Shown piece after piece: positions 17,754 through 26,234 of a DNA stretch of 45,614 bases. The stretch is from a bacterium (GTDB lineage Bacteria; UBA9089; JAHJRX01). The DNA is taken from assembly GCA_030017825.1 (NCBI GenBank), contig JASEGW010000001.1, positions 1-45,614 on the forward strand, given 5' to 3'. The notes under the pieces were generated by a model that worked only from the letters and a program-made list of their open reading frames with translations, made no database searches and had not been told where the DNA came from. The number at the start of each line of letters is the position of its first letter. Position 1 is the first letter of the stretch. A program made the position numbers and the translations under genes.

Positions 17754-17927
17754 CTACACCTCCATTTCTCCCGCATCCTTCACTACTCTACCATATGTAA
17801 GGATAAGAACATCTGTGATTGCATCACTAAACTTCTCCTTAACTTCTTCTTTTTTCCATACCGCTTTCCTATCAATATGATCAAAGAAGCTTGTCTCAAC
17901 TCTACAAAGAAATGTCATTAAGTCCAT
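17754..17927 (-). CDS. Small hypothetical protein (57 aa), below the ORF-track cutoff
   Basis: I translated it by hand: MDLMTFLCRVETSFFDHIDRKAVWKKEEVKEKFSDAITDVLILTYGRVVKDAGEMEV. It exactly fills the gap between two genes. The SD lies in the upstream gene's end. Confidence 0.5.
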   Translation of the reverse strand: MDLMTFLCRVETSFFDHIDRKAVWKKEEVKEKFSDAITDVLILTYGRVVKDAGEMEV

Positions 17928-17928
17928 G

Positions 17929-18147
17929 CTATTTCTCCTTTGCTTTAAGCATGCTGAGGAATTTGATTTTCTTACATGTTATCATAGTTATTGCTAACTC
18001 ACCATGCTCATTTAAAAGCTCAATCAACTCATCTACTATAGCACTAAATAGATGATGTTTTAAGCCCCACGGAATTAACCTACGAAGAGCCTCATCCTGC
18101 TTCTCTGTGATCTCCACGTTTAAACGAGGAGGATTTTCACGTTCCAT
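17929..18147 (-). CDS. Small DNA-binding protein candidate (ribbon-helix-helix-like N-terminus)
   Basis: RLNVEITEKQDEALRRL resembles an RHH strand-helix. SD AAGGAGG. The call is weak. Confidence 0.35.
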   Translation of the reverse strand: MERENPPRLNVEITEKQDEALRRLIPWGLKHHLFSAIVDELIELLNEHGELAITMITCKKIKFLSMLKAKEK

Positions 18148-18415
18148 TACTAATTTCCTCCTTTACAATCTTTCTAATAATATCTTCCAAGGTTGGTTCT
18201 GGATCAAGCGGAGCCGCTTTTGAACTCTTAACGGGCCTAGTAAATCCAACTTCAATACAGCAGTCAAGACACCACTCAGCCACCAACTGGTAAACTTCAT
18301 ATGTTTCTGCTGTAGGGTATGTAGGGGTACAGTAATGTCTAAGTCCAGCTCCAACTTCGTAAAGGTTAGCAACCCTTTTCTTGCATCTATCACATGTTAG
18401 TATAGTCTTTTTCAT
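18137..18415 (-). CDS. Small Cys-rich (zinc-binding type) protein
   Basis: CDRC...CLDCC. ATG 18415 has SD AAGGAGGAG. The track's upstream GTG start would include that SD. Confidence 0.5.
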   Translation of the reverse strand: MKKTILTCDRCKKRVANLYEVGAGLRHYCTPTYPTAETYEVYQLVAEWCLDCCIEVGFTRPVKSSKAAPLDPEPTLEDIIRKIVKEEISNGT

Positions 18416-18529
18416 GTCTCCTCCTTTCACTTAATTGCCCCCGTGTTGTCTCCGTTTGAGATCAACTTTGGTTTCACCTCCCGCAGCAGGACGCTACGCC
18501 GACGAGGGCAAAAATTATTTCTAGGGTAA
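18416..18529 (-). promoter_or_regulatory. G+C-rich, potentially structured 5' leader between palindrome copy 4 and the next start codon
   Basis: About 114 nt of noncoding sequence. An 8-bp long-range helix (GCCCUCGU / ACGGGGGC) encloses about 57 nt that contain smaller hairpins. No riboswitch class recognised. Confidence 0.3.
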
Positions 18530-18553
18530 CTATGTTTAAAATTTTAAACACAG
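18530..18553. repeat. Palindromic intergenic motif, copy 4
   Basis: CTATGTTTAAAATTTTAAACACAG, core 18533-18550. Confidence 0.9.
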
Positions 18554-18557
18554 TTTA

Positions 18558-18992
18558 TTACTCAGCAGATCTAAACCTCGCAACTCTATTTTGTTTACCA
18601 TAAGTAGGATCTGTTTCCTCAGTCAATGTTACCCACCCTGTATTTCCAATATAATCAGCATATGCAATAGGGCCACTCGTTGGAATATCAAACGCTTTGT
18701 AAAAGTATTTGATAGCTCTCTGCCTATTTTTCTGCTGTCTTATCGGGTCACTATCTTGAGGAAGCATCAAGACATGCCTAACAATTTTTGTATCAGGCAT
18801 ATCAGCGATCTCAAACTCTGTAAAAAGAAATGGCCCTTTCTTCTTTGCCGGCCTCTTCTCAAACGTGACAAGACGAAGTTTATAATCTTCGTCAGGCACT
18901 GTCGATAAGTCAGGTACGTCATCCAGATCAATTCCTAAATCCAAAAACGACTCATCTTTTTCTTCAACTCCATTTACTAAATCTTCTACCAT
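18558..18992 (-). CDS. Putative ssDNA-binding/annealing partner protein (DUF669-like by context)
   Basis: It lies downstream of an AAA_24-type ATPase, a frequent pairing. ATG 18992 has SD GGAGGA, whereas track start 19040 lacks an SD. Confidence 0.4.
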   Translation of the reverse strand: MVEDLVNGVEEKDESFLDLGIDLDDVPDLSTVPDEDYKLRLVTFEKRPAKKKGPFLFTEFEIADMPDTKIVRHVLMLPQDSDPIRQQKNRQRAIKYFYKAFDIPTSGPIAYADYIGNTGWVTLTEETDPTYGKQNRVARFRSAE

Positions 18993-19024
18993 TTGACTTT
19001 CCTCCGTTAATTTTAGTAGGTTGT

Positions 19025-19840
19025 TTAGGCTTCTAGCCATGGGATAGACATGTCTTCACACGGAAGACCCGCCTTTTTCAAAAGAGCCTTTATATTGGCT
19101 TCTTCGTACTTATCAAATTTTCCTCTCCTTGCTAAGCGACTGCTTGCCTTAAAAATCGAAGTGGGTCTTGTTTGTAGTAGCCACCGTGTTCCTTGGTCTT
19201 TTACTTCTGCCACAAATGCATAATACATCTCATCAAATGATAAAGGAATTCTTATTTTAGCTTTACCTGTAATTAATGGACTAACAAACATCTTTCCAGT
19301 AGCCTCATCTTTGTCAGATTCAGGATGTGCAGTCACGATTATGTCACAAGGTAAACTAAAAATCCCACCTATTGAATTCTCAAGATGTAGCATCTGGTGA
19401 ATATAGTCATTTTCATTTCCAGTTCCTGTCTGTGGTATTCCTCCTGCACGACCCTGCTTCTTTAACACATAATTCATTATCACTTGACTAAATGTAGTCA
19501 TTGAATCTAATCCATATGTAGCAAAGTTATTGAAATACCCTTCCTTTTTTCGTCGATGAAACTCTCTATCCCACTCAGCGAACACTTTAGGATTTGAAGG
19601 GTCATCTGTTTCCCACCTTATATCTGCGACTATTAGTCCTTTCTCAATTTCAGGAGCTAACACTTGTGAACCCCCTGGATCAAAACAATCTATATGCACT
19701 GGAAATCGGGCTGTTGAAAATAGTGTGGTTTTTCCGGATCCCTTTTCTCCATAAACAAGTGCACGATAGCGCTCCGCCCCCCTTTTTTCTTTAGAGTACT
19801 GATTCACTTTTTGAACTTCAGCAACTATATCTAAACCCAT
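19025..19840 (-). CDS. AAA_24 / Sak4-like RecA-fold ATPase
   Basis: Walker A ALVYGEKGSGKTTL at the N-terminus. The product is 271 aa. SD AGGAGG. Confidence 0.65.
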   Translation of the reverse strand: MGLDIVAEVQKVNQYSKEKRGAERYRALVYGEKGSGKTTLFSTARFPVHIDCFDPGGSQVLAPEIEKGLIVADIRWETDDPSNPKVFAEWDREFHRRKKEGYFNNFATYGLDSMTTFSQVIMNYVLKKQGRAGGIPQTGTGNENDYIHQMLHLENSIGGIFSLPCDIIVTAHPESDKDEATGKMFVSPLITGKAKIRIPLSFDEMYYAFVAEVKDQGTRWLLQTRPTSIFKASSRLARRGKFDKYEEANIKALLKKAGLPCEDMSIPWLEA

Positions 19841-19867
19841 TTTTCTAACCTCCTGATAGAGGATATA

Positions 19868-20269
19868 CTATCCCCATCTTTGTGGCTCCAAATAACCCAT
19901 TACCCAAGCTTTATAATGCTCATCACAAAGTGTTTTAAGCCAGGTTCCCAAACTTCTCAACTTTCCAAGTTCACCACAGATTTCGCAGATTGTTGCTGAT
20001 TTACCTTCTGCTTTATCTATTAGCTCGAAGACTTCATCTGAACCTCCTTCTATATAAAAACGTAACGTCCCATACTTCTCTTTTACTTGAGTAGCAACCA
20101 CCCCTTCATCGAGCTTAGTCAATGCCCTTGATAGATCGTAAAGAAGTGCAAACCAGCCGTCGGAGCATTCAAAGCCAAAGCTCATCAAATTCTCAGTTAA
20201 GGGCCTGTACACACCTACATACAATTCTGGAAACTCTCTTATCAGGAACTGCTCTAAAACTGTTTTCAT
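19868..20269 (-). CDS. Hypothetical protein with a C-terminal Cys cluster
   Basis: EKYGTLRFY and CEICG...LCDEH. SD AAGGAGGA. Confidence 0.5.
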   Translation of the reverse strand: MKTVLEQFLIREFPELYVGVYRPLTENLMSFGFECSDGWFALLYDLSRALTKLDEGVVATQVKEKYGTLRFYIEGGSDEVFELIDKAEGKSATICEICGELGKLRSLGTWLKTLCDEHYKAWVMGYLEPQRWG

Positions 20270-21264
20270 GTTATCTTTCCTCCTTTCAGCACTATTTTAT
20301 GCTTTGTTTCCCTTTTTGAGGGATCCCAATACTCTACCCTGAAACCTTCAGGGATCTCATCAGCACGTTGCAGTGGGTTAGACCAACTAAGGCAGAAGTT
20401 AAAATAAGGACATCCACGGTAACTTGAGCAACTATTATAAGCTGGCGCAAATGCTTCTAGCACTTCGTCCTCTTCTTTACATCTTTTTAATAACTCATAA
20501 TCAGCTTCAATTTTATCAACAGCCTGATTTATATGAACAAGCCAGGCGTCCATCATCCTTGGTGTTCTACGAACTGGAACTCGAGGAAATTCTGCAATCT
20601 TACTTTTGGTAAAGATAGCACCATTGATCTCAACTCCCCAAACCTCATTTGTAGGAAAGGCACAGAATAGAACATGATTGTACGTGCCTGTCTGTACTGA
20701 GAGCTTCCATCCATCTCTCCACTGCTGACTATTTTGACTTCCAGTTTTATGTTCTAAGGATTTGATGAGATCATTATTGTCAAGATCTCGCATGATTGAG
20801 TCCATCTTAAAATGAATAACACGCTTCTCACTGATAGGGACAGCACCCGAAATTTCAGTGTGAAGGACTTTATAGTGATCCTTTTTTCTAAACTCCTTAC
20901 AGTACATTGCTAATGCTAATCTTGCATGACCTGGAGTTTTTGGACTCCTCTCTAAATCAGTTTCCTCACTAAATACTTCCCTATATTTTTCTGTTAAAAC
21001 TTCAACAGCTCCCTCATATGACTCACCGCCCATTCCATGAAGTAATAAGTGTTCCATAGAAAGATGCCAGCACTTCCCAAAGTGTCTGTGAACATCTGGG
21101 GTGTCGAGTTCCCACCCTAAAATGTATTTATACATATAGGCACGAGGGCAGGATAAGTAAGCTGATATTTTTGAGGCATCATGGATTTTCCAGGTTGGAT
21201 GTTCCTGTAGTGACACTACTTTTCCTTCCTTTCTCCTCTGATAAGGATAGCAATAGTTCTGCAT
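20266..21264 (-). CDS. Cas4/RecB-like PD-(D/E)XK exonuclease with Fe-S type cysteines
   Basis: An N-terminal Cys (YLSCPRAYMY), a D...EHK nuclease core and C-terminal C-x5-C-x5-C (CSSYRGCPYFNFC). An alternative GTG start at 21216 has SD GAAGGAAA. Confidence 0.7.
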   Translation of the reverse strand: MQNYCYPYQRRKEGKVVSLQEHPTWKIHDASKISAYLSCPRAYMYKYILGWELDTPDVHRHFGKCWHLSMEHLLLHGMGGESYEGAVEVLTEKYREVFSEETDLERSPKTPGHARLALAMYCKEFRKKDHYKVLHTEISGAVPISEKRVIHFKMDSIMRDLDNNDLIKSLEHKTGSQNSQQWRDGWKLSVQTGTYNHVLFCAFPTNEVWGVEINGAIFTKSKIAEFPRVPVRRTPRMMDAWLVHINQAVDKIEADYELLKRCKEEDEVLEAFAPAYNSCSSYRGCPYFNFCLSWSNPLQRADEIPEGFRVEYWDPSKRETKHKIVLKGGKIT

Positions 21265-21448
21265 AGTGAATTATTTTCTTTAGGTCTTTTGGATTTACCT
21301 TACCTTTTGCATTTCTATAGGCATATTTTATAATGCTGCCTAACGCAAATTGGTTGAAGAATCCACCAGCCCTGTATAGATCTATTGGTTCAACTGAGGC
21401 AGTTTTATACTTACTACTCCCTTTATTTTTTAAGCTATTCCAACTCAT
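21179..21448 (-). CDS. DUF3310 / SaV-like small protein
   Basis: The GSIIKYAYRNAKG...DLKKIIHYAELL pattern is typical of that family. SD AAGGAGG. Confidence 0.5.
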   Translation of the reverse strand: MSWNSLKNKGSSKYKTASVEPIDLYRAGGFFNQFALGSIIKYAYRNAKGKVNPKDLKKIIHYAELLLSLSEEKGRKSSVTTGTSNLENP

Positions 21449-21807
21449 CTTTTAACTACCTCCTTTATCTCTTCTATAGAGAGTACTATAGGAATATTAA
21501 GGGACTCTGCTAATTTACGCTCTTTAGCCCACCCCACACTATTTTCAGCATTTGGTAGCAAAAATACTACATCGCAAGCACTAAGCCACTCACGGCTTAA
21601 TTCATAAATCATCTCAGAAGTTATTTCTTCTCCTGGATAGAGAGAGAGGATGTAATGGAGGTCTATATGAGGACAGAAGGGAGCATACCCTCTTTTAAGA
21701 AGCTCTACTGCTGCTCTTATTCCTTCTCTCACATTAGACAAATATTCAATAGCGTGATTGCCCTTGCCAGTCGGAGTTATTGCACCTGCTATGTAAACTT
21801 TAATCAA
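21445..21807 (-). CDS. Nucleoside 2-deoxyribosyltransferase-like / DUF4406-like protein
   Basis: A TTG start at 21807 lies 6 nt after AGGAGG and gives MIKVYIAGAITPTG. The C-terminus reads CDVVFLLPNAENSVGWAKE. Confidence 0.5.
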   Translation of the reverse strand: MIKVYIAGAITPTGKGNHAIEYLSNVREGIRAAVELLKRGYAPFCPHIDLHYILSLYPGEEITSEMIYELSREWLSACDVVFLLPNAENSVGWAKERKLAESLNIPIVLSIEEIKEVVKR

Positions 21808-21808
21808 G

Positions 21809-22621
21809 TTAAGCCTCCTGAACTTTGTCATCAAAGTGTGGAATTTCATCCATAGTAAAATGCCAAACTCTTAACCTATCATGATCATCAATGTAAAAGA
21901 TACAACCGCCAATATCGGGCTGCATTTTACCATAACTTTTTAAATATGGCTTTGAAGGTTCATAGGCCATCCACGCAGGCAACTGAATCATATGTACATC
22001 CTTTTCGTGAATGTAAATAAAGTTGTGCCAGTGGCCTCTGACAAAAACGTCTATATGAGGCACCTTACCAGTTGCTTCAGCCAACTTTGTAAACATTAAT
22101 TCTCTGCCCATAAGCATCTCACGATAGACATAGGCGGCACTTTCACCGTGCTGAATGTTAAACACCTTCTCACTGGGTGCAAACTTCAAGTTAGCAATGG
22201 CCCCTCTCCACACACCACCAAGGCGATCACATACGTCCTTTTCTGGATTGTGACCTTTTGTGCTTCTGTGATAGCCACTGCCACCAAACATAATCAACTT
22301 TCTTTTTGGAGCATCTTTTGGATTGACAAGTAAATCTAGCACTTGTGTGCCAAGATCAACCTGTTCGTCTAAGTCAGGACTTATTAATAAAGTGCCTCGT
22401 TCGATAAAGTTTTGACCGTGGAGCAAATCTCCAACAACCAGTACCGTATCTACGCTATCTCTTTTGCAGACTTTTACAAAGTTGAGAAAGTGATCCCAGA
22501 TCTGTATTTGTTCTGGACTTGCATGTATTTCCTGCCCTTGTGAAGTCATAATAGAGGGTGGCATTAAAGCATATCTTGAAAACAAGTGTAAATCAGAAAT
22601 TGCAGCTATAACTCTTTTCAT
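21809..22621 (-). CDS. Calcineurin-like metallophosphoesterase
   Basis: ISDLH, VVGDLLHG, GGSGYH and GHWHN motifs occur in the canonical order. ATG 22621 has SD GGGGAGG. Confidence 0.75.
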   Translation of the reverse strand: MKRVIAAISDLHLFSRYALMPPSIMTSQGQEIHASPEQIQIWDHFLNFVKVCKRDSVDTVLVVGDLLHGQNFIERGTLLISPDLDEQVDLGTQVLDLLVNPKDAPKRKLIMFGGSGYHRSTKGHNPEKDVCDRLGGVWRGAIANLKFAPSEKVFNIQHGESAAYVYREMLMGRELMFTKLAEATGKVPHIDVFVRGHWHNFIYIHEKDVHMIQLPAWMAYEPSKPYLKSYGKMQPDIGGCIFYIDDHDRLRVWHFTMDEIPHFDDKVQEA

Positions 22622-22623
22622 TT

Positions 22624-22836
22624 TTATCCTCCCCACTTTAGTTTTCTAAGTAGAAAAGCAAATCCAGCTCCTAGTGGGGGAACTATAATAGCCTGCATCC
22701 CTAACCAAGCTGCGTACTGAGACTTCTCGATGCCCACTACCCATATCATATAAGGAGTTAGTGTTACTGTCCAATAAACAAATGAGATAACTGCGTCTAT
22801 TAGAAACCTTTTCATTCCCTTAGGTACTTTAATCAT
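22624..22836 (-). CDS. Small membrane protein (2 TM segments)
   Basis: Two hydrophobic segments. SD GGAGG. Confidence 0.5.
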   Translation of the reverse strand: MIKVPKGMKRFLIDAVISFVYWTVTLTPYMIWVVGIEKSQYAAWLGMQAIIVPPLGAGFAFLLRKLKWGG

Positions 22837-23111
22837 TCTGTTTGAACCTCCATATTGCTTATTAATTTCCTACCATGTTTTGTATCACTTCTGTTAGCGG
22901 TTTTATCAGAGTACCACCGCCCACACTCTTTACATACCCAGGCATTAACTCCATTAGAGTAAGGATTTAGGCTTCCGCATTCAGGACATGGAGGTCTGTT
23001 AACTACTTTAGCCCTCCTATTAATTTTTTGAAACGTTCTGCCACAGTCTTTACACTTTATTCTCATGCCCTGTGAAACTGTTCTACCACTGTTACACTTT
23101 AGGCAGTTCAT
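22833..23111 (-). CDS. Double zinc-ribbon protein
   Basis: CLKC...CKDC and CPEC...CKEC. Confidence 0.55.
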   Translation of the reverse strand: MNCLKCNSGRTVSQGMRIKCKDCGRTFQKINRRAKVVNRPPCPECGSLNPYSNGVNAWVCKECGRWYSDKTANRSDTKHGRKLISNMEVQTE

Positions 23112-23430
23112 CTTCAGGCCCCGTCACTTTCAATAGTTCACCTAGCATTAACTTTCTCTCAACGTATCTGTTATCTTTGAATATTAGGATGTTGAGCCTG
23201 CCGTGTAAAAATGCAAAGCATGAACAGGCAACACAGGCCATTGTGGTTAGGCCTGATAATAGAATATAGTCAGTCGGTGCACTCTCTCTTAGTTTCATTG
23301 CGAAGTCCCTATACATCTTACTAATTGCAAATTTAGAGACTGGCCCTTCTGATAAAAACTTGATTTTGCCAAAGCGGAGGGCATCACTATAGTCGTGACC
23401 TCCATTATTGATGCAGTATACCGTTGCCAT
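23092..23430 (-). CDS. Hypothetical protein (112 aa)
   Basis: SD AAGGAGAG. It is the first gene after palindrome copy 5. Confidence 0.5.
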   Translation of the reverse strand: MATVYCINNGGHDYSDALRFGKIKFLSEGPVSKFAISKMYRDFAMKLRESAPTDYILLSGLTTMACVACSCFAFLHGRLNILIFKDNRYVERKLMLGELLKVTGPEDELPKV

Positions 23431-23455
23431 ACATCTCTCCTTTTCTTTTTTTTTT

Positions 23456-23483
23456 AACTGTGTTTAAAATTTTAAACACAGTT
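23456..23483. repeat. Palindromic intergenic motif, copy 5 (perfect 28-mer AACTGTGTTTAAAATTTTAAACACAGTT)
   Basis: Read directly. The sequence is self-complementary over 28 nt. Confidence 0.95.
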
Positions 23484-23762
23484 TCAAATTCCAAGGCTCA
23501 TTCTTATTGCACTAATTGGCCCGCCATCTTCTTCTAATAGATTGGCTAGTGAAGTGAATTCTCCAGTCTTTGTATTTAATCTACACAGATGAATACCGCA
23601 GCCTTGGTGGTTAAGATGACTGAATGCTACAGCGTAAACTTGCTCATCCTGATTAAACAGTCTAATCCAATTTACCTTGGTAGGATAAGCATTTCCATCT
23701 ACATCCTCTATTATCATTCTAACATTTTTATCGTGTAGTTTTATTAATCCAAGTTCGAGCAT
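23484..23762 (-). CDS. Hypothetical protein (92 aa)
   Basis: SD AGGAAAG. No motif recognised. Confidence 0.5.
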   Translation of the reverse strand: MLELGLIKLHDKNVRMIIEDVDGNAYPTKVNWIRLFNQDEQVYAVAFSHLNHQGCGIHLCRLNTKTGEFTSLANLLEEDGGPISAIRMSLGI

Positions 23763-23943
23763 TTACTTTCCTTTTTTTGTTCTTATATTTTTTATAGTCT
23801 TCAGGTGTTAACTTAAACCTATGTCCAGCAACGCACACTATATCCACACCATATAATTCTACACAGTGTATGTAGCCTTTGTTAGCACACTCACTTCTCT
23901 CAGTCTCAGTCCAAATATATCCACTACAAATTGGGCACTTCAT
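23728..23943 (-). CDS. Small zinc-finger type protein
   Basis: CPICSG...C...HC. The SD is weak. It overlaps both neighbours. Confidence 0.4.
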   Translation of the reverse strand: MKCPICSGYIWTETERSECANKGYIHCVELYGVDIVCVAGHRFKLTPEDYKKYKNKKRKVNARTWINKTTR

Positions 23944-24553
23944 TGTTGATTTCTAAGGACAAGTATACATAATTGCTAAATATCTTGCTGACATACTTGC
24001 CATCCTTTCCTCCTAAATAATTATGCAGTGCTTTCACTACATCACCCTTATTCTTTTTTAAGTACATCTGCAAGATTGCTGAACTTGCCTTTATGTTCTT
24101 TTTAACATTAAACAGGTCACGCCTGTCTACTATACCTAAGTCGACCAGCATTTTCTTATGAATGTCAAACATGACTTGGCCAAGACCAAGTGCTCCTGCT
24201 TTTGACACTGCAGATGGCACAAACCCTGACTCCACTTCTATTAGTGCCAAGAGTAGAATTGGGTTTGGATACTTACAAACTTCTTCAGCGATCTCCGTTG
24301 CAGTTTCAACACTAATGCGACTTGAGTGATGCATAATCCACTCAGTAGATTTCTTAATCTTATTTGCCCTGTCCGCTCTACTCATCTCTTCCTTATTCTT
24401 TAATTCAGCTTCTAATTCAGCCTTCAATTCAGAAATGTGTTTATCTTTTTGTAGAACGCTTTTTTGCAAGTCGGCAATTATTGAGCCAGTGATTAACCAA
24501 CTACCGACTGCCACCGCTAATAGTGATACTGTAAATGATCTTAGAATTTTCAT
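23924..24553 (-). CDS. Membrane-anchored lytic transglycosylase (SLT domain)
   Basis: An N-terminal TM segment, a coiled coil, then LIEVESGF...GALGLGQVM. SD GGAGGA. Confidence 0.75.
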   Translation of the reverse strand: MKILRSFTVSLLAVAVGSWLITGSIIADLQKSVLQKDKHISELKAELEAELKNKEEMSRADRANKIKKSTEWIMHHSSRISVETATEIAEEVCKYPNPILLLALIEVESGFVPSAVSKAGALGLGQVMFDIHKKMLVDLGIVDRRDLFNVKKNIKASSAILQMYLKKNKGDVVKALHNYLGGKDGKYVSKIFSNYVYLSLEINNEVPNL

Positions 24554-24909
24554 ATTTCCTCCGCAAGAATGACCTCTTTTGCTAAATCAACTGACCCTGG
24601 AGCAAGAATGTTAAAATTGATAGATATTAGCTCCTCTAAAGACGTTGTTGATACAATTTGGGCGTCAACTATATACCACACCTCCTTCGCTTTTGAGGGA
24701 ATATAAAAGCATTTAAATATCCTAAGTGGTAGAATCAACCCATTTCTAAAGTGCTCTGCTGCCTGTTTTTCTTTAAAAACTGTCAGCGGCCCACATCCTT
24801 TGTTTGGATGAACAGATTCATTTACTTTATATTCAACTGCTCCACGCCTACCGAGCATTATTGGTGACCTTAGACTACTTTCCACTACTTTATATCCTAC
24901 CTTTATCAT
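24550..24909 (-). CDS. Hypothetical protein (119 aa)
   Basis: SD AAGGAGGA. It is the first gene after palindrome copy 6. Confidence 0.5.
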   Translation of the reverse strand: MIKVGYKVVESSLRSPIMLGRRGAVEYKVNESVHPNKGCGPLTVFKEKQAAEHFRNGLILPLRIFKCFYIPSKAKEVWYIVDAQIVSTTSLEELISINFNILAPGSVDLAKEVILAEEI

Positions 24910-24948
24910 TTTAAATCCTCCTTATATATCTTCCTACGAATTTCTGCA

Positions 24949-24972
24949 CTTTGTTCAAAATTTTAAGCAGAG
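24949..24972. repeat. Palindromic intergenic motif, copy 6 (degenerate: CTTTGTTCAAAATTTTAAGCAGAG)
   Basis: Read directly. The core is 24952-24969. Confidence 0.8.
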
Positions 24973-25001
24973 GTGAGCTCCCTTTTGGGGAGTCCACCTC
25001 T
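24969..25001 (-). terminator. Intrinsic terminator candidate after the gene at 25021..25371
   Basis: A G+C-rich hairpin (AGAGGTGGACTCCCC AAAA GGGAGCTCACCTCT on the minus strand). It is followed by the U-rich arm of palindrome copy 6. Confidence 0.55.
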
Positions 25002-25020
25002 CTACTTATACTTTCCCTAC

Positions 25021-25371
25021 TTACTCTTCGCTGCCAGAGGACGCAAGCAGTTTGGCAATTAACTCTTTTTGCTTATCTGGAGGCAGTTTTTCAAACTTCT
25101 TCACTAAACTTCCAAGACTCGCTTCGCCAACTACTCGAGCAGCTCCAGGCTTCCACTCAGCCATTGCAGCCACAATTTCGGCCGCAGACTTTCCTTTCAA
25201 AGCGAGGCCACGCATCACAGCCTGTGCCTTGACGATTGCTTCTGCAAGGTATATCGTGTAAACGACGTCCTTGCCAAACAAAGCTTCAGCTTCCTCTATG
25301 CTTTCGCCGAAGTTAACCTCAGCTTTTACTTCAAGATCGTCCAACTTTGGGATTGTTGCACTTACTTCCAT
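25021..25371 (-). CDS. Hypothetical protein (116 aa)
   Basis: SD GGAGGAAAAGAGG. No motif recognised. Confidence 0.5.
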   Translation of the reverse strand: MEVSATIPKLDDLEVKAEVNFGESIEEAEALFGKDVVYTIYLAEAIVKAQAVMRGLALKGKSAAEIVAAMAEWKPGAARVVGEASLGSLVKKFEKLPPDKQKELIAKLLASSGSEE

Positions 25372-25394
25372 ACCTCTTTTCCTCCTTCAATATT

Positions 25395-25410
25395 TAGTGT
25401 GTACACACTA
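25395..25410. repeat. 16-nt perfect palindrome TAGTGTGTACACACTA
   Basis: Read directly. It overlaps the stop codon of 25408..25650 and lies upstream of start 25371. Confidence 0.7.
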
Positions 25411-25650
25411 GGCGGACACCTCATCCAGCTCCAACTCTTCTATTTCTTCCACAACTGGAATTGTGCTCTCCTTATTATCTCTCCACTGGACTTTTCTAAA
25501 TAATGCTTCCAGTTCTTTTTCAGTTGACTTATTTATCTCTCTTCCATTAATGCAGTCGCTTAATGCTCCTAAAATGAAGCTTGTTTCTCCTTTTCTAAGC
25601 CTTCTCCATTCTACTGCTTTCACTATCCACCTCAGTCGTTCATATGTCAT
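25408..25650 (-). CDS. Hypothetical protein
   Basis: ATG 25650 has SD GGGAGGAAAG. The track start at 25662 would include that SD. Confidence 0.5.
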   Translation of the reverse strand: MTYERLRWIVKAVEWRRLRKGETSFILGALSDCINGREINKSTEKELEALFRKVQWRDNKESTIPVVEEIEELELDEVSA

Positions 25651-25831
25651 CTTTCCTCCCATGTTTAGTTATGAAGTCGGTCATCATTGATGTGAAGGCT
25701 GTTTTAAATTCTTCTTTTGATACTCTGTCTATCAACCTATTCGCCGCCAATAAAACTATCTTTCCTGTATACTCCACAATCTCTGACTCCGTTGGTGCAG
25801 TGTAGCCTGTCACTAAAACCTGGTTTATCAT
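25640..25831 (-). CDS. Hypothetical protein
   Basis: ATG 25831 has SD GAAGGAGG. The track start is 25882. Confidence 0.45.
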   Translation of the reverse strand: MINQVLVTGYTAPTESEIVEYTGKIVLLAANRLIDRVSKEEFKTAFTSMMTDFITKHGRKDDI

Positions 25832-25859
25832 AAGTCCTCCTTCATTACCTTTCAATCTT

Positions 25860-26174
25860 TTATGTTCTTCCAAACGACTCAATCAGATTTTCTAACTCCT
25901 CTTGAGAGTTTTTCCTTCTATTCAGAGCAGCTATTAATGCATCTTTTACTTCATCTTGAATAGGCACATGGAAGCCGACTCTTTGCAAAAACTCTTCTGC
26001 TTGCTCTTCAGTAAAAGGGAAGTCGGTAGCGTTGAACATCTTCTCAGCTACACGAATAGCAACATCGACAACGTCTGCTGGTCTATTTATTGCCAGTCCA
26101 GCAAAGTGTATCGCCTTAACAAGTGATGCCAGTTGTGCAACTGTTACCCTAATTTGTAAATTAATTTTTCTCAT
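25860..26174 (-). CDS. Early hypothetical protein (104 aa)
   Basis: It is the first ORF downstream of the consensus promoter at 26206-26234. Confidence 0.5.
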   Translation of the reverse strand: MRKINLQIRVTVAQLASLVKAIHFAGLAINRPADVVDVAIRVAEKMFNATDFPFTEEQAEEFLQRVGFHVPIQDEVKDALIAALNRRKNSQEELENLIESFGRT

Positions 26175-26205
26175 AGTTGTGAAGCCCTCTACCTTTCATG
26201 GGTGC

Positions 26206-26234
26206 ATTATAACATATTTGGACTGAGATGTCAA
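26206..26234 (-). promoter_or_regulatory. Consensus sigma70-type promoter (TTGACA-17-TATAAT with TGn extended -10)
   Basis: Minus strand: TTGACA tctcagtccaaatatgt TATAAT. The -35 element overlaps the stop of the upstream gene. Confidence 0.7.
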
